A DNA stretch of 64,000 bases, taken from NCBI RefSeq assembly GCF_003334335.1, contig NZ_QOWQ01000009.1; one strand, 5' to 3'. Made by a program: the position numbers and the translations under genes. Below, piece by piece: positions 38,363 to 49,550 of the stretch. The first letter of the stretch is position 1; every line of letters starts with the position of its first letter. Below the pieces are notes generated by a model. The model was not told the DNA's origin. It did no database searches and saw only the letters and a list, made by a program, of their open reading frames with translations. This DNA is from Escherichia coli. Lineage in GTDB: Bacteria > Pseudomonadota > Gammaproteobacteria > Enterobacterales > Enterobacteriaceae.

Positions 38363-39344
38363 TTTGCCACTGATGATCACCATCGGCGTCTTTGTGTTGG
38401 GTTATCTTTACTGCCTGACCCAGTTTCCCGGTTTTGCTTCCACAAGAGTGATCTGCAATATCCTGACCGATAACGCCTTTCTTGGGATCATTGCCGTTGG
38501 CATGACCTTTGTGATCCTCTCCGGTGGGATCGATCTCTCCGTCGGTTCGGTGATCGCCTTTACTGGCGTGTTTCTGGCAAAAGTGATTGGCGATTTCGGC
38601 CTCTCGCCGCTACTGGCGTTTCCGCTAGTGCTGGTGATGGGCTGTGCCTTCGGCGCATTTATGGGGCTTTTGATCGACGCCCTGAAGATCCCGGCATTTA
38701 TCATTACCCTGGCGGGGATGTTCTTTTTGCGCGGTGTCAGCTATCTCGTTTCGGAAGAGTCGATTCCGATAAACCATCCCATTTATGACACGCTCTCAAG
38801 CCTTGCGTGGAAAATCCCTGGCGGCGGTCGCTTAAGTGCGATGGGACTGCTGATGTTGGCGGTGGTGGTTATCGGTATTTTCCTCGCGCATCGTACCCGT
38901 TTTGGTAATCAGGTATACGCCATTGGCGGCAACGCAACGTCGGCGAACCTGATGGGGATTTCCACTCGCAGCACCACTATTCGCATTTATATGCTCTCCA
39001 CCGGACTGGCAACGCTGGCGGGGATTGTCTTCTCGATTTATACCCAGGCCGGATATGCGCTGGCGGGCGTAGGTGTGGAACTGGATGCTATCGCCTCAGT
39101 GGTAATTGGCGGTACGCTTCTGAGCGGTGGCGTTGGAACGGTATTAGGGACGCTTTTTGGCGTGGCGATTCAGGGGCTAATACAGACTTATATCAACTTT
39201 GATGGCACGCTGAGCTCATGGTGGACGAAAATCGCCATCGGTATTTTGTTATTTATTTTTATAGCATTACAGCGTGGATTAACGGTGCTGTGGGAGAATC
39301 GTCAGAGTTCGCCTGTGACAAGAGTCAACATTGCGCAGCGATAA
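38349..39344 (+). CDS. yjfF: ABC transporter permease
   Basis: 331 aa polytopic permease; start overlaps the ytfT 3' end. Confidence 0.9.
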   Translation: MIKRNLPLMITIGVFVLGYLYCLTQFPGFASTRVICNILTDNAFLGIIAVGMTFVILSGGIDLSVGSVIAFTGVFLAKVIGDFGLSPLLAFPLVLVMGCAFGAFMGLLIDALKIPAFIITLAGMFFLRGVSYLVSEESIPINHPIYDTLSSLAWKIPGGGRLSAMGLLMLAVVVIGIFLAHRTRFGNQVYAIGGNATSANLMGISTRSTTIRIYMLSTGLATLAGIVFSIYTQAGYALAGVGVELDAIASVVIGGTLLSGGVGTVLGTLFGVAIQGLIQTYINFDGTLSSWWTKIAIGILLFIFIALQRGLTVLWENRQSSPVTRVNIAQR

Positions 39345-39376
39345 AAACGCCTCTCCGTGTGGAGAGGCGCAGGAGA

Positions 39377-40375
39377 TTACGCGTCCGGGAACTCACGGAT
39401 AAAGCGTTCGACATCTTCAACCATATGGTCGTTGCCGACAAAGAACGAACGGCGCTGGTGCAGAGTTTCCGGGATGATATCCAGAATACGCTCTTTGCCA
39501 TCGCTCGCTTTACCGCCCGCTTGTTCCGCCAGGAATGCCATCGGGTTGCACTCATACAGCAAACGCAGTTTGCCGTCCGGGTGGCTGGCGGTGCTTGGGT
39601 AGAGATAAATACCGCCTTTCAGCAGGTTACGGTGGAAATCCGCGACCAGTGAACCGATATAACGTGAGGTATAAGGGCGGTTGGTGGACTTATCTTCTTC
39701 CTGGCAGAATTTAATGTACTTCTTCACCCCGTTCGGAAACTTAATGTAGTTTCCTTCGTTGATGGAGTAGGTTTTGCCTTTCTCCGGGAAGCGCATCCGT
39801 TCCTGGCACAGACAGAAAACGCCCAGCGAAGGATCGTAAGTAAAGGCGTGAACACCGCATCCGGTGGTGTAAACCAGCATGGTAGAGGAGCCGTATACCA
39901 CGTAACCTGCCGCAACCTGTTTGTTACCAGGCTGGAGGAAATCTTCTTCCGTTACCGGCGTGCCAACAGGCGTAACGCGGCGGTAGATGGAGAAAATGGT
40001 ACCGACAGAGACGTTAACATCGATGTTGGACGAGCCATCCAGTGGGTCCATCAGCACCACGTATTTTGCGTGTTCACAGCCTTCAAAGACGACAATCTCA
40101 TCTTCTTCTTCAGAGGCAATGCCCGCAACGATATCGCGTGCTTTCAGTGCGGCTTTCAGTTTTTCATTAGCGAACAAGTCGAGTTTCTGCTGAACCTCGC
40201 CCTGCACGTTCTCAGCACCGCTGGCACCCAGGATATCAACCAGTCCTGCTTTGTTGATATCGCGATGGATAATCTTGGCGCCCAGTTTTATTGCCGACAG
40301 CAAAGCAGTGAGCTCACCGGTAGCATGAGAAAACTCGTGCTGCTTTTCGACAATAAATTCACCTAACGTTTTCAT
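39377..40375 (-). CDS. fbp: Fructose-1,6-bisphosphatase class 1
   Basis: Internal ATG at 40375 ([34 protein letters not shown]...) gives 332 aa; the ORF track extends to 40558. Confidence 0.95.
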
Positions 40376-40550
40376 AAAACTTTCCCTGCAATGTTTATGG
40401 AGTAAAGCGACCGCAACAATCTTAACAAATAATCTCAATGTTGCGCTCAGGTGAATCGCGCCAGCAAATTGCGGATTATCCTGAAATGCGTTTCTCACTT
40501 GCCCGACATATGCGTAAAATGAGCGGCAGATTAAAAAAGGATAGTGACGT

Positions 40551-41924
40551 ATGCGCATTCATATTTTAGGAATTTGTGGCACGTTTATGGGCGGTCTGGC
40601 GATGCTGGCGCGCCAGTTAGGCCATGAAGTAACGGGTTCGGACGCCAATGTGTATCCGCCGATGAGCACCTTACTTGAGAAGCAAGGCATTGAACTGATT
40701 CAGGGTTACGATGCCAGCCAGCTCGATCCGCAGCCGGATCTGGTGATTATTGGCAACGCCATGACCCGTGGAAATCCGTGTGTGGAAGCGGTACTGGAAA
40801 AAAACATCCCTTATATGTCAGGTCCACAGTGGCTGCACGATTTTGTGCTGCGCGACCGCTGGGTGCTGGCCGTTGCCGGTACACATGGCAAAACCACCAC
40901 CGCGGGAATGGCAACCTGGATTCTGGAACAGTGCGGTTACAAACCGGGATTTGTGATCGGCGGTGTGCCGGGGAACTTTGAGGTTTCGGCGCGTCTGGGC
41001 GAAAGCGACTTCTTTGTTATCGAAGCGGATGAGTATGACTGCGCCTTCTTCGACAAACGCTCTAAATTTGTCCATTACTGCCCACGTACGCTGATCCTCA
41101 ACAACCTTGAGTTCGATCACGCCGATATCTTTGACGACCTGAAAGCGATCCAGAAACAGTTCCACCATCTGGTGCGTATCGTTCCGGGGCAGGGCCGTAT
41201 TATCTGGCCAGAAAACGACATCAACCTGAAACAGACCATGGCGATGGGCTGCTGGAGCGAGCAGGAGCTGGTGGGTGAGCAGGGGCACTGGCAGGCGAAA
41301 AAGCTGACCACCGATGCTTCCGAATGGGAAGTTTTGCTGGATGGCGAAAAAGTGGGCGAAGTGAAATGGTCGCTGGTAGGCGAACATAATATGCACAATG
41401 GCCTGATGGCGATTGCGGCGGCTCGCCATGTTGGTGTAGCGCCGGCAGATGCCGCTAACGCGCTGGGTTCGTTTATTAACGCTCGTCGCCGTCTGGAGTT
41501 GCGTGGTGAAGCGAATGGCGTCACGGTATATGACGATTTTGCCCATCACCCAACGGCGATTCTGGCAACGCTTGCGGCGCTGCGTGGCAAAGTTGGCGGT
41601 ACGGCGCGCATTATTGCCGTGCTGGAACCGCGCTCGAATACCATGAAAATGGGGATCTGCAAAGACGATCTGGCACCTTCATTAGGTCGTGCCGATGAAG
41701 TCTTCCTGCTGCAACCGGCGCATATTCCGTGGCAGGTGGCAGAAGTGGCAGAAGCCTGCGTTCAGCCTGCACACTGGAGTGGCGATGTGGATACGCTGGC
41801 AGATATGGTGGTGAAAACCGCTCAGCCTGGCGACCATATTCTGGTGATGAGCAACGGCGGTTTTGGTGGGATCCATCAGAAACTGCTGGATGGTCTGGCG
41901 AAGAAGGCGGAAGCCGCGCAGTAA
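40551..41924 (+). CDS. mpl: UDP-N-acetylmuramate:L-alanyl-gamma-D-glutamyl-meso-diaminopimelate ligase
   Basis: 457 aa, [31 protein letters not shown]...; Mur ligase family. Confidence 0.95.
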
Positions 41925-41929
41925 TTCGG

Positions 41930-42055
41930 CCTTAGCCTGATATAGTGTGCGTAGGCCGGATAAGGCGTTCACGCCGCATCCGGCATTTGAGCATAGTGCC
42001 TGATGCGACGCTTGATGCGTCTTATCAGGCCTACAGGTGCACCGCATCCGGCAAA
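41930..42055. repeat. REP/BIME cluster
   Basis: gtaggccggataaggcgttcacgccgcatccggca ... gcctgatgcgacgcttgatgcgtcttatcaggcctac. Confidence 0.65.
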
Positions 42056-42079
42056 CCATACTCACATCAACAACGAAAA

Positions 42080-42631
42080 TTACCCTTCATTCTCCGCCAG
42101 TTCGCGCAGATACTGGAAAATCTGGCGTGCGGATTTCGGCGGCTTATTCCCTTCTTTCTCTTTCTTCGCGTTGCGGATCAGAGTACGCAGTTGCTGACGA
42201 TCGGCATCGGGCCACAGATTTAATACCTCAGCGATGGCGTCATCACCTTGATCGATCAGACGATCGCGCAGGTTTTCCAGTTTATGGAACAGCACCACCT
42301 GCTGGTTGTGACGGTTTTTCAGCTTATCCAGCGCCTGACGAATAGGCTCTACGTCGCGCTGGCGCAGCATCTTACCGATGAGCTGCAACTGGCGGCGGCG
42401 ACCTTCCATCTTAATACGCTGGGCGAGCTCAATAGCCGCGCGCAGATCCGCATCTAACGGGATCTTATCCAGCGCGTTTTTCCCCAGATCAACAATTTCC
42501 GCGCCAAGGCGTTTTAGCTCCTCGGCATCACGTTTAATTTCACTTTTACTGACCCAGATAATTTCATCGTCTTCGTCTTCGATGTCATCACCGGGAACGT
42601 CGTCGAGCCAGTCTTCGGGCTGCTTAGTCAT
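42080..42631 (-). CDS. yjgA: Ribosome-associated protein YjgA (DUF615)
   Basis: 183 aa, [35 protein letters not shown]...; named darP in recent literature. Confidence 0.9.
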
Positions 42632-42725
42632 CTCAGGCTCCTTAAAAAAAAGAGGCTAATGTTACCAGTTAAGATGCGCACTGAAAAACGGTTCTCTGTT
42701 AGACTTCAGAGAAACTCTCTACATT

Positions 42726-44078
42726 ATGGCACTTGCAATGAAAGTAATCTCTCAAGTTGAAGCGCAGCGCAAGATTCTGGAAGAAGCAGTTTCCACTGCG
42801 CTGGAGTTGGCCTCAGGCAAATCGGACGGTGCGGAAGTTGCCGTCAGCAAGACCACCGGCATTAGCGTAAGCACGCGTTATGGTGAAGTGGAGAATGTTG
42901 AATTCAATAGCGATGGCGCGCTGGGGATCACTGTTTATCACCAGAACCGCAAAGGTAGCGCATCATCCACCGATTTAAGCCCGCAGGCCATTGCCCGTAC
43001 TGTACAGGCGGCGCTGGATATTGCCCGTTATACCTCGCCAGATCCCTGTGCCGGCGTGGCAGACAAAGAGCTGCTGGCCTTTGACGCACCAGATCTCGAC
43101 TTGTTCCACCCTGCGGAAGTTTCCCCGGATGAAGCCATTGAACTGGCGGCCCGCGCAGAACAGGCGGCATTGCAGGCGGACAAACGCATCACCAATACCG
43201 AAGGTGGCAGCTTTAACAGCCACTACGGTGTCAAAGTTTTTGGCAACAGCCACGGCATGTTGCAGGGTTACTGCTCAACGCGTCATTCGCTCTCCAGCTG
43301 TGTAATTGCCGAAGAAAATGGCGATATGGAGCGTGATTACGCCTACACCATTGGTCGTGCGATGAGCGATCTGCAAACGCCAGAGTGGGTTGGGGCCGAC
43401 TGTGCTCGCCGTACTTTATCGCGCCTGTCACCGCGTAAACTCTCCACCATGAAAGCGCCGGTCATTTTTGCCAATGAAGTGGCAACCGGGCTTTTTGGCC
43501 ATCTGGTGGGGGCGATAGCGGGTGGATCGGTTTACCGTAAATCCACCTTCCTGCTGGATTCGCTGGGTAAACAAATTCTGCCGGACTGGCTGACCATTGA
43601 AGAGCATCCGCATCTGCTGAAAGGGCTGGCATCGACGCCATTTGACAGCGAAGGTGTGCGCACCGAGCGTCGCGATATTATTAAAGATGGCATCCTGACT
43701 CAGTGGCTGCTGACCAGCTACTCGGCGCGGAAACTGGGGCTGAAAAGCACCGGACATGCGGGCGGTATTCACAACTGGCGGATTGCCGGACAAGGGCTAA
43801 GCTTCGAACAAATGCTCAAAGAGATGGGTACCGGGCTGGTGGTGACGGAGCTGATGGGCCAGGGCGTGAGTGCCATTACCGGTGATTATTCCCGTGGTGC
43901 AGCGGGCTTCTGGGTAGAGAATGGCGAAATTCAGTATCCGGTTAGCGAAATCACCATCGCAGGTAATTTAAAAGATATGTGGCGCAATATTGTCACCGTC
44001 GGTAACGATATTGAAACACGCAGTAATATACAGTGTGGTTCTGTGCTGTTGCCGGAGATGAAAATCGCCGGGCAGTAA
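42726..44078 (+). CDS. pmbA: Metalloprotease PmbA/TldE
   Basis: 450 aa [35 protein letters not shown]...; real start may be a few codons internal. Confidence 0.93.
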
Positions 44079-44257
44079 AAAACTGGCGCGACCTGCCGCG
44101 CTATAAACTAAAAAATTACACAAAATCATTCGCACTGCATCGAGACGGAAAGTGAATGAGGGCCGGGGAGCGTACTCGCAGTACGTGACCCGGGCGAATG
44201 AGCGTAGCCGTCGATGAGGCAGTGTGAAGGATGAAGTGTAAATAAAAAAGGAAGTGA

Positions 44258-44647
<390 letters not shown>

Positions 44648-44691
44648 TTCCTCATTTCCCTGTTGCCTGCACTCAGGTAACAGGGAACTTA

Positions 44692-45156
44692 TCATCGCAA
44701 ATGATGCACCACCTGATTGCTGCTGCCGCGCCAGATCAGGGAAGGGTCTTTTAAATCCTGCACAAATTTGCCGTCGACCAGTACGTTAATCAAATCAACA
44801 ACCTGCATTTGCGCAGCGTTGAGATCGTCGAGTTTATAGCCTGTCCACACCCAGATGTCTTTATCCGGACACTCGGCGCGGATGCGTTTTACCAGTTTCA
44901 GAATATCCGGCACGTTTTGCGGATGCAGCGGATCGCCGCCGGAGAGGGAAATCCCCTGGCGTTTGATACGAGTGTCATTCAGATCGTTAATGATCTGGTC
45001 TTCCATTGCTTTGGTAAATGGCTGACCAGAATTTACCCGCCATGTGCTTTTGTTATAGCAACCGGGGCATTCATGAACACACCCGGAGACAAACAGGGTG
45101 CAGCGAGTGCCGGGGCCGTTGACGATGTCGACAGGATAGTACTGATGATAATTCAT
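44692..45156 (-). CDS. nrdG: Anaerobic ribonucleoside-triphosphate reductase activating protein
   Basis: 154 aa, radical-SAM cysteine cluster (CTLFVSGCVHECPGC). Confidence 0.95.
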   Translation of the reverse strand: MNYHQYYPVDIVNGPGTRCTLFVSGCVHECPGCYNKSTWRVNSGQPFTKAMEDQIINDLNDTRIKRQGISLSGGDPLHPQNVPDILKLVKRIRAECPDKDIWVWTGYKLDDLNAAQMQVVDLINVLVDGKFVQDLKDPSLIWRGSSNQVVHHLR

Positions 45157-45179
45157 TATTTCGCCTGGCTTATCAGTCC

Positions 45180-45292
<113 letters not shown>

Positions 45293-45313
45293 TTGCTTAA
45301 CGTAGAGTGAAGA

Positions 45314-47452
45314 TTAACCTATCTGCCCATTTCCCAAATGTTTAACGCGGCGCTTAACTTCTTCCTGCTTACCGGCGTTAAATGGACGTGCATCCGGGCT
45401 ACCTAAATATCCGCACACGCGGCGAGTTACCGACACACGGGAGGCGTCATGGTTACCACATTTCGGGCAAGTGAAGCCTTTGCTGGTGCACTCGAACTCA
45501 CCGGTAAAGCCACACTCGTAGCACTCATCAATCGGTGTATTGGTGCCGTAATACGGTACATGCTGATAGCTGTAATCCCAGACATCTTCCAGCGCCTTCA
45601 GGTTGTGCTGAATGTTTGGATACTCGCCGTAGCAAATGAAACCACCGTTCGCCAGCGGCGGGTAAGGCGCTTCAAAGTCGATCTTGTCGTACGGGTTCAC
45701 CTTCTTCTCCACATCGAGGTGGAAACTGTTGGTGTAGTAACCTTTATCGGTCACGCCCGGCACCACGCCAAACTCAGCAGTATCGAGACGGCAGAAGCGG
45801 TCGCACAGGTTTTCACTCGGCGTGCTGTAGAGACTGAAACCATAACCCGTTTCTTCTTTCCACTGATCCACTGCCTGACGCAGACGTTCAACAATGGCGA
45901 TACCTTTCGCGCGAAGCTGCTCGTTGTCGTAAACATGCTCGCCGCCGAACAGCGCGTTAATGGTTTCGTGGATGCCGATGTAACCCAGCGAAATAGACGC
46001 ACGACCGTTTTTGAAGATTTCAGAAACATCATCGTCAGCATTGAGACGCACGCCACAAGCACCTTCCATATAGAGGATCGGGGCCACGCGCGCTTTCACG
46101 CCTTCGAGACGAGCGATACGGGTCATCAGCGCCTTACGTGCCAGCACCAGACGTTCATCCAGCAGCTTCCAGAAGGTGGCTTCATCGCCTTTTGCTTCCA
46201 GAGCAATACGCGGCAGGTTCAGGCTGATCACGCCGAGGTTGTTACGACCATCGTGGATCTGCTCGCCGTTTTCATTTTCCCACACGCCGAGGAAGCTGCG
46301 GCAGCCCATCGGGGTTTTAAACGAACCGGTGACTTTCACTACCTGATCGTAGTTCAGGATATCCGGATACATGCGCTTGCTTGCGCACTCCAGCGCCAGC
46401 TGTTTGATGTCGTAGTTCGGATCGCCTTTTTTATGGTTCAGACCATCGCGAATCGCAAACACCAGTTTCGGGAACACCGCAGTTTTACGGTTTTTACCGA
46501 GACCTGCGATACGGTTACGCAGGATAGATTCCTGAATCAGGCGCGATTCCCAGCTGGTGCCCAGACCAAAACCAAAAGTTACAAACGGCGTTTGACCGTT
46601 GGCGGTATGCAGGGTGTTTACTTCGTACTCCAGCGACTGGAAGGCATCGTAGCACTCTTTAATGGTACGAGAGTTAGCGTAGCCTTCTGCGTCCGGGATG
46701 CTCCACTCTTCTGCGGTCTTGCGATGTTTGTTGTAGCTGGCGGTGACAAACGGTGCCAGCACTTCATCGATACGGTTAATGGTGGTGCCGCCATAAATAT
46801 GGCTGGCAACCTGAGCAATAATCTGCGCAGTTACCGCGGTTGCCGTTGAGATCGACTTCGGCGGTTCAATCTCGGCGTTCCCCATTTTAAAGCCCTGGGT
46901 CAGCATGCCTTTCAGGTCGATCAACATGCAGTTGAACATCGGGAAAAACGGTGAGTAATCGAGATCGTGATAGTGAATATCGCCACGCTCATGTGCCTGC
47001 ACCACGTCACGCGGCAGCAGGTGCTGACGTGCATAGTGTTTAGCCACGATCCCGGCCAGCAGGTCGCGCTGGGTTGGAATCACCTTGCTGTCTTTGTTGG
47101 CGTTTTCGTTGAGTAACGAGGCGTTGGTCTGCTCGACCAGACCACGGATCTCCTGGTTCAGGCGACCGCGTTTTTCACGTTCAATGTCGCGATCGTGACG
47201 GTACTCGATGTAAGCACGAGCCAGTTGTTTGTATGGACCCGACATCAGCTGGTTTTCAACTGCGGTCTGGATCTCATTGATATCCACCTGGTTGCGGCCC
47301 TGCATCTGCTCGCTGACAACCGCGGCAACAGTGGCGCAATAATCGGCATCATCGACTTCCGCTGCTTTAGCTGCACGCAGAATCGCTTCTTTGATGCGCT
47401 CTGATTTAAACGGCACTTTGCAGCCGTCTCGTTTCATCACATGCGGTGTCAT
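45314..47452 (-). CDS. nrdD: Anaerobic ribonucleoside-triphosphate reductase (class III)
   Basis: 712 aa; N-terminal ATP-cone, C-terminal zinc-ribbon cysteines and glycyl-radical motif (RVCGYLG). Confidence 0.96.
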   Translation of the reverse strand: MTPHVMKRDGCKVPFKSERIKEAILRAAKAAEVDDADYCATVAAVVSEQMQGRNQVDINEIQTAVENQLMSGPYKQLARAYIEYRHDRDIEREKRGRLNQEIRGLVEQTNASLLNENANKDSKVIPTQRDLLAGIVAKHYARQHLLPRDVVQAHERGDIHYHDLDYSPFFPMFNCMLIDLKGMLTQGFKMGNAEIEPPKSISTATAVTAQIIAQVASHIYGGTTINRIDEVLAPFVTASYNKHRKTAEEWSIPDAEGYANSRTIKECYDAFQSLEYEVNTLHTANGQTPFVTFGFGLGTSWESRLIQESILRNRIAGLGKNRKTAVFPKLVFAIRDGLNHKKGDPNYDIKQLALECASKRMYPDILNYDQVVKVTGSFKTPMGCRSFLGVWENENGEQIHDGRNNLGVISLNLPRIALEAKGDEATFWKLLDERLVLARKALMTRIARLEGVKARVAPILYMEGACGVRLNADDDVSEIFKNGRASISLGYIGIHETINALFGGEHVYDNEQLRAKGIAIVERLRQAVDQWKEETGYGFSLYSTPSENLCDRFCRLDTAEFGVVPGVTDKGYYTNSFHLDVEKKVNPYDKIDFEAPYPPLANGGFICYGEYPNIQHNLKALEDVWDYSYQHVPYYGTNTPIDECYECGFTGEFECTSKGFTCPKCGNHDASRVSVTRRVCGYLGSPDARPFNAGKQEEVKRRVKHLGNGQIG

Positions 47453-47644
47453 GATCGCTCCATATTTTTAAGAACAGGTTATCCACAGAAATTGGGAAAG
47501 GCGTTTTCCGGTTTTTTCGTTTCGTTTTCCGGTGCTTTCCGCAATCGCCATCCGCTTATCCACAACGCCGCACCTTTTTCGTGGGGAGCTGTAGTAGCAA
47601 TTATAGTCGATTAATACAACATATTGGGTTGGGACGCATTTTAA

Positions 47645-47660
47645 AGTCTATATATAGTGC
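47645..47660. promoter_or_regulatory. Candidate NrdR box upstream of nrdDG
   Basis: agtCtATATATaGtgc matches about 13 of 16 positions of the NrdR palindrome consensus as I recall it. Confidence 0.35.
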
Positions 47661-47687
47661 TTTGCATCAAGGATGTTTGAACTTTTT

Positions 47688-47701
47688 TTGATGTAGCTCA
47701 A
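47688..47701. promoter_or_regulatory. Candidate FNR-like site upstream of nrdDG
   Basis: TTGATgtagCTCAA versus consensus TTGAT-N4-ATCAA (one mismatch); nrdDG is anaerobically induced. Confidence 0.3.
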
Positions 47702-47845
47702 AGTAAAAAGCAGAGCGTACGGATGACGGGCGCTACAGCGTTATGTAAATTTTTTAATGAATTTGCTGGTTGAAAAATCAACAAAAACAACATGCTGACA
47801 GACAAAACCCCGGAATGACCGGCATTACCGGGGCTTAGGGAAGAT

Positions 47846-49501
47846 TTACTTCTGTAACCACCAGACAGCCTCAAAAGGCCGTAAATTCATGGCACAGGGT
47901 TGTGGTGAGGCTTCTTCGTAGTTATGCATCACAAGCTGCCAGTTGCCGCGCATTTGCCCTGGCTGCCAGGGTTGGATCTCACGGCTAAGGTTGGCAATGA
48001 CCAGCAAGGTTTGCCCCTTCCATTCACGGCGATAGCACCACAATACAGGGCTGTTTGGCAGCAGATCCTGGTAATTGCCCCATGTCAGGATGGCTTCCTG
48101 CTTACGCAGTGCGATTAACTTTTGGTAGGTGTAAAACACCGAGGAATCATCGGCCAGCGCGGCTTCTACGTTGATTTGTTGATAGTTATCGCCCAGGCCA
48201 ATCCACGGTTCGCCAGCCGTAAACCCGGCATTATCGCCGTTGCTCCATTGCATGGGCGTGCGGCTGTTGTCACGGGATTTACTGGCGAGGATTGCCAATA
48301 ACTCGTCGGCATCACGCCCATCGTTGCGCAGCTCGGCAAACATATTGAGGCTCTCCACGTCGCGATAGTCAGTAATGCGCGTGAAATGCGGGTTGGTCAT
48401 GCCAATCTCTTCGCCCTGGTAGATATACGGCGTTCCCTGCATGCCATGCAGCACCATCGCTAGCATTTTTGCCGCAGGCACGCGGTATTCACCTTCATCA
48501 CCAAAGCGAGAAACAATGCGCGGCTGATCGTGGTTACACCAGAACAAGGCATTCCATGCTACGTTGTGCATTCCTTGTTGCCAGTGGCGGAACAATGTTT
48601 TCAACGCCACAAAGTCAGGTTTAGCCAGCGTCCATTTTTCACCACCGGGATAATCGACCTTCAGGTGATGAAAATTAAAGGTCATCGATAATTCACTGCC
48701 TGCCAGTGCCGCGTATCGCTGGCAATGCTCAAGGCTGGTGGAGGACATTTCACCTACGGTCATTAACCCGCGTGGCGTAAACACATCGCGGTTCATCTCG
48801 TGCAAAAACTCGTGTGCTCGTGGCCCGTCGGTGTAGAAGCGACGCCCGTCGCCATCCAGGTCTTCAGGGAAACGCGGGTCTTTGGAGATCAGATTCACCA
48901 CATCCAGGCGCAACCCATCGACCCCACGATCGGCCCAGAATTCACAGACTTTTTTCAGCTCTGCGCGTACCGCTGGATTCTCCCAGTTGAGATCCGCCTG
49001 TTCTGGTGCAAAGAGATGCAAATAGTACTGTTCGCTTTCCGCATGCCAGCGCCACGCACTACCGCCAAATTTTGAACGCCAGTTATTCGGTGGCGTTTCT
49101 GGTTCGCCATCGCGCCAGATATAAAACTGGCGGTAAGGGCTTTCTTTGTTCAGCGCCTCGCGAAACCAGGCATGTTGGGTAGAGGTATGGTTAAACACCA
49201 TATCGAGAATGATACGAATCCCGCGCGATTTTGCCTGCGTCACCAGTTCGTCAAAATCGTCCAGCGTGCCGTAGGTGGGATCAATCGCCGTATAGTTCGC
49301 TACGTCGTAACCGTTATCGACCTGGGGAGAGACATAAAAGGGGGTTAGCCAGATGGCATCAACGCCCAGTTTATGCAGATAGTCCAGGCGTTGGATAACG
49401 CCACGTAAATCGCCGGTACCGCTACCCGTGGTGTCCTGAAAACTCTTTGGATAAATCTGGTAGATAACGCCGTTTTGCCACCAGTGGGGAAGATTAGTCA
49501 T
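47846..49501 (-). CDS. treC: Trehalose-6-phosphate hydrolase
   Basis: Internal ATG at 49501 (MTNLPHWWQNGVIYQIYPKSFQD...) gives 551 aa; GH13 alpha-amylase family. Confidence 0.95.
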   Translation of the reverse strand: MTNLPHWWQNGVIYQIYPKSFQDTTGSGTGDLRGVIQRLDYLHKLGVDAIWLTPFYVSPQVDNGYDVANYTAIDPTYGTLDDFDELVTQAKSRGIRIILDMVFNHTSTQHAWFREALNKESPYRQFYIWRDGEPETPPNNWRSKFGGSAWRWHAESEQYYLHLFAPEQADLNWENPAVRAELKKVCEFWADRGVDGLRLDVVNLISKDPRFPEDLDGDGRRFYTDGPRAHEFLHEMNRDVFTPRGLMTVGEMSSTSLEHCQRYAALAGSELSMTFNFHHLKVDYPGGEKWTLAKPDFVALKTLFRHWQQGMHNVAWNALFWCNHDQPRIVSRFGDEGEYRVPAAKMLAMVLHGMQGTPYIYQGEEIGMTNPHFTRITDYRDVESLNMFAELRNDGRDADELLAILASKSRDNSRTPMQWSNGDNAGFTAGEPWIGLGDNYQQINVEAALADDSSVFYTYQKLIALRKQEAILTWGNYQDLLPNSPVLWCYRREWKGQTLLVIANLSREIQPWQPGQMRGNWQLVMHNYEEASPQPCAMNLRPFEAVWWLQK

Positions 49502-49550
49502 TACGTTATTCCTGCGAATGCGAGGGGGCGCAATTGCGCCCCGAAGAAAA

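Noticed and set aside
39218..39652. 144-aa plus-strand ORF overlapping the yjfF 3' end and fbp
   Set aside because: Lies mostly antisense to fbp and has no coding signal of its own.
45449..46849. 466-aa plus-strand ORF inside nrdD
   Set aside because: Antisense to nrdD, which has an unambiguous glycyl-radical enzyme sequence; shadow ORF.
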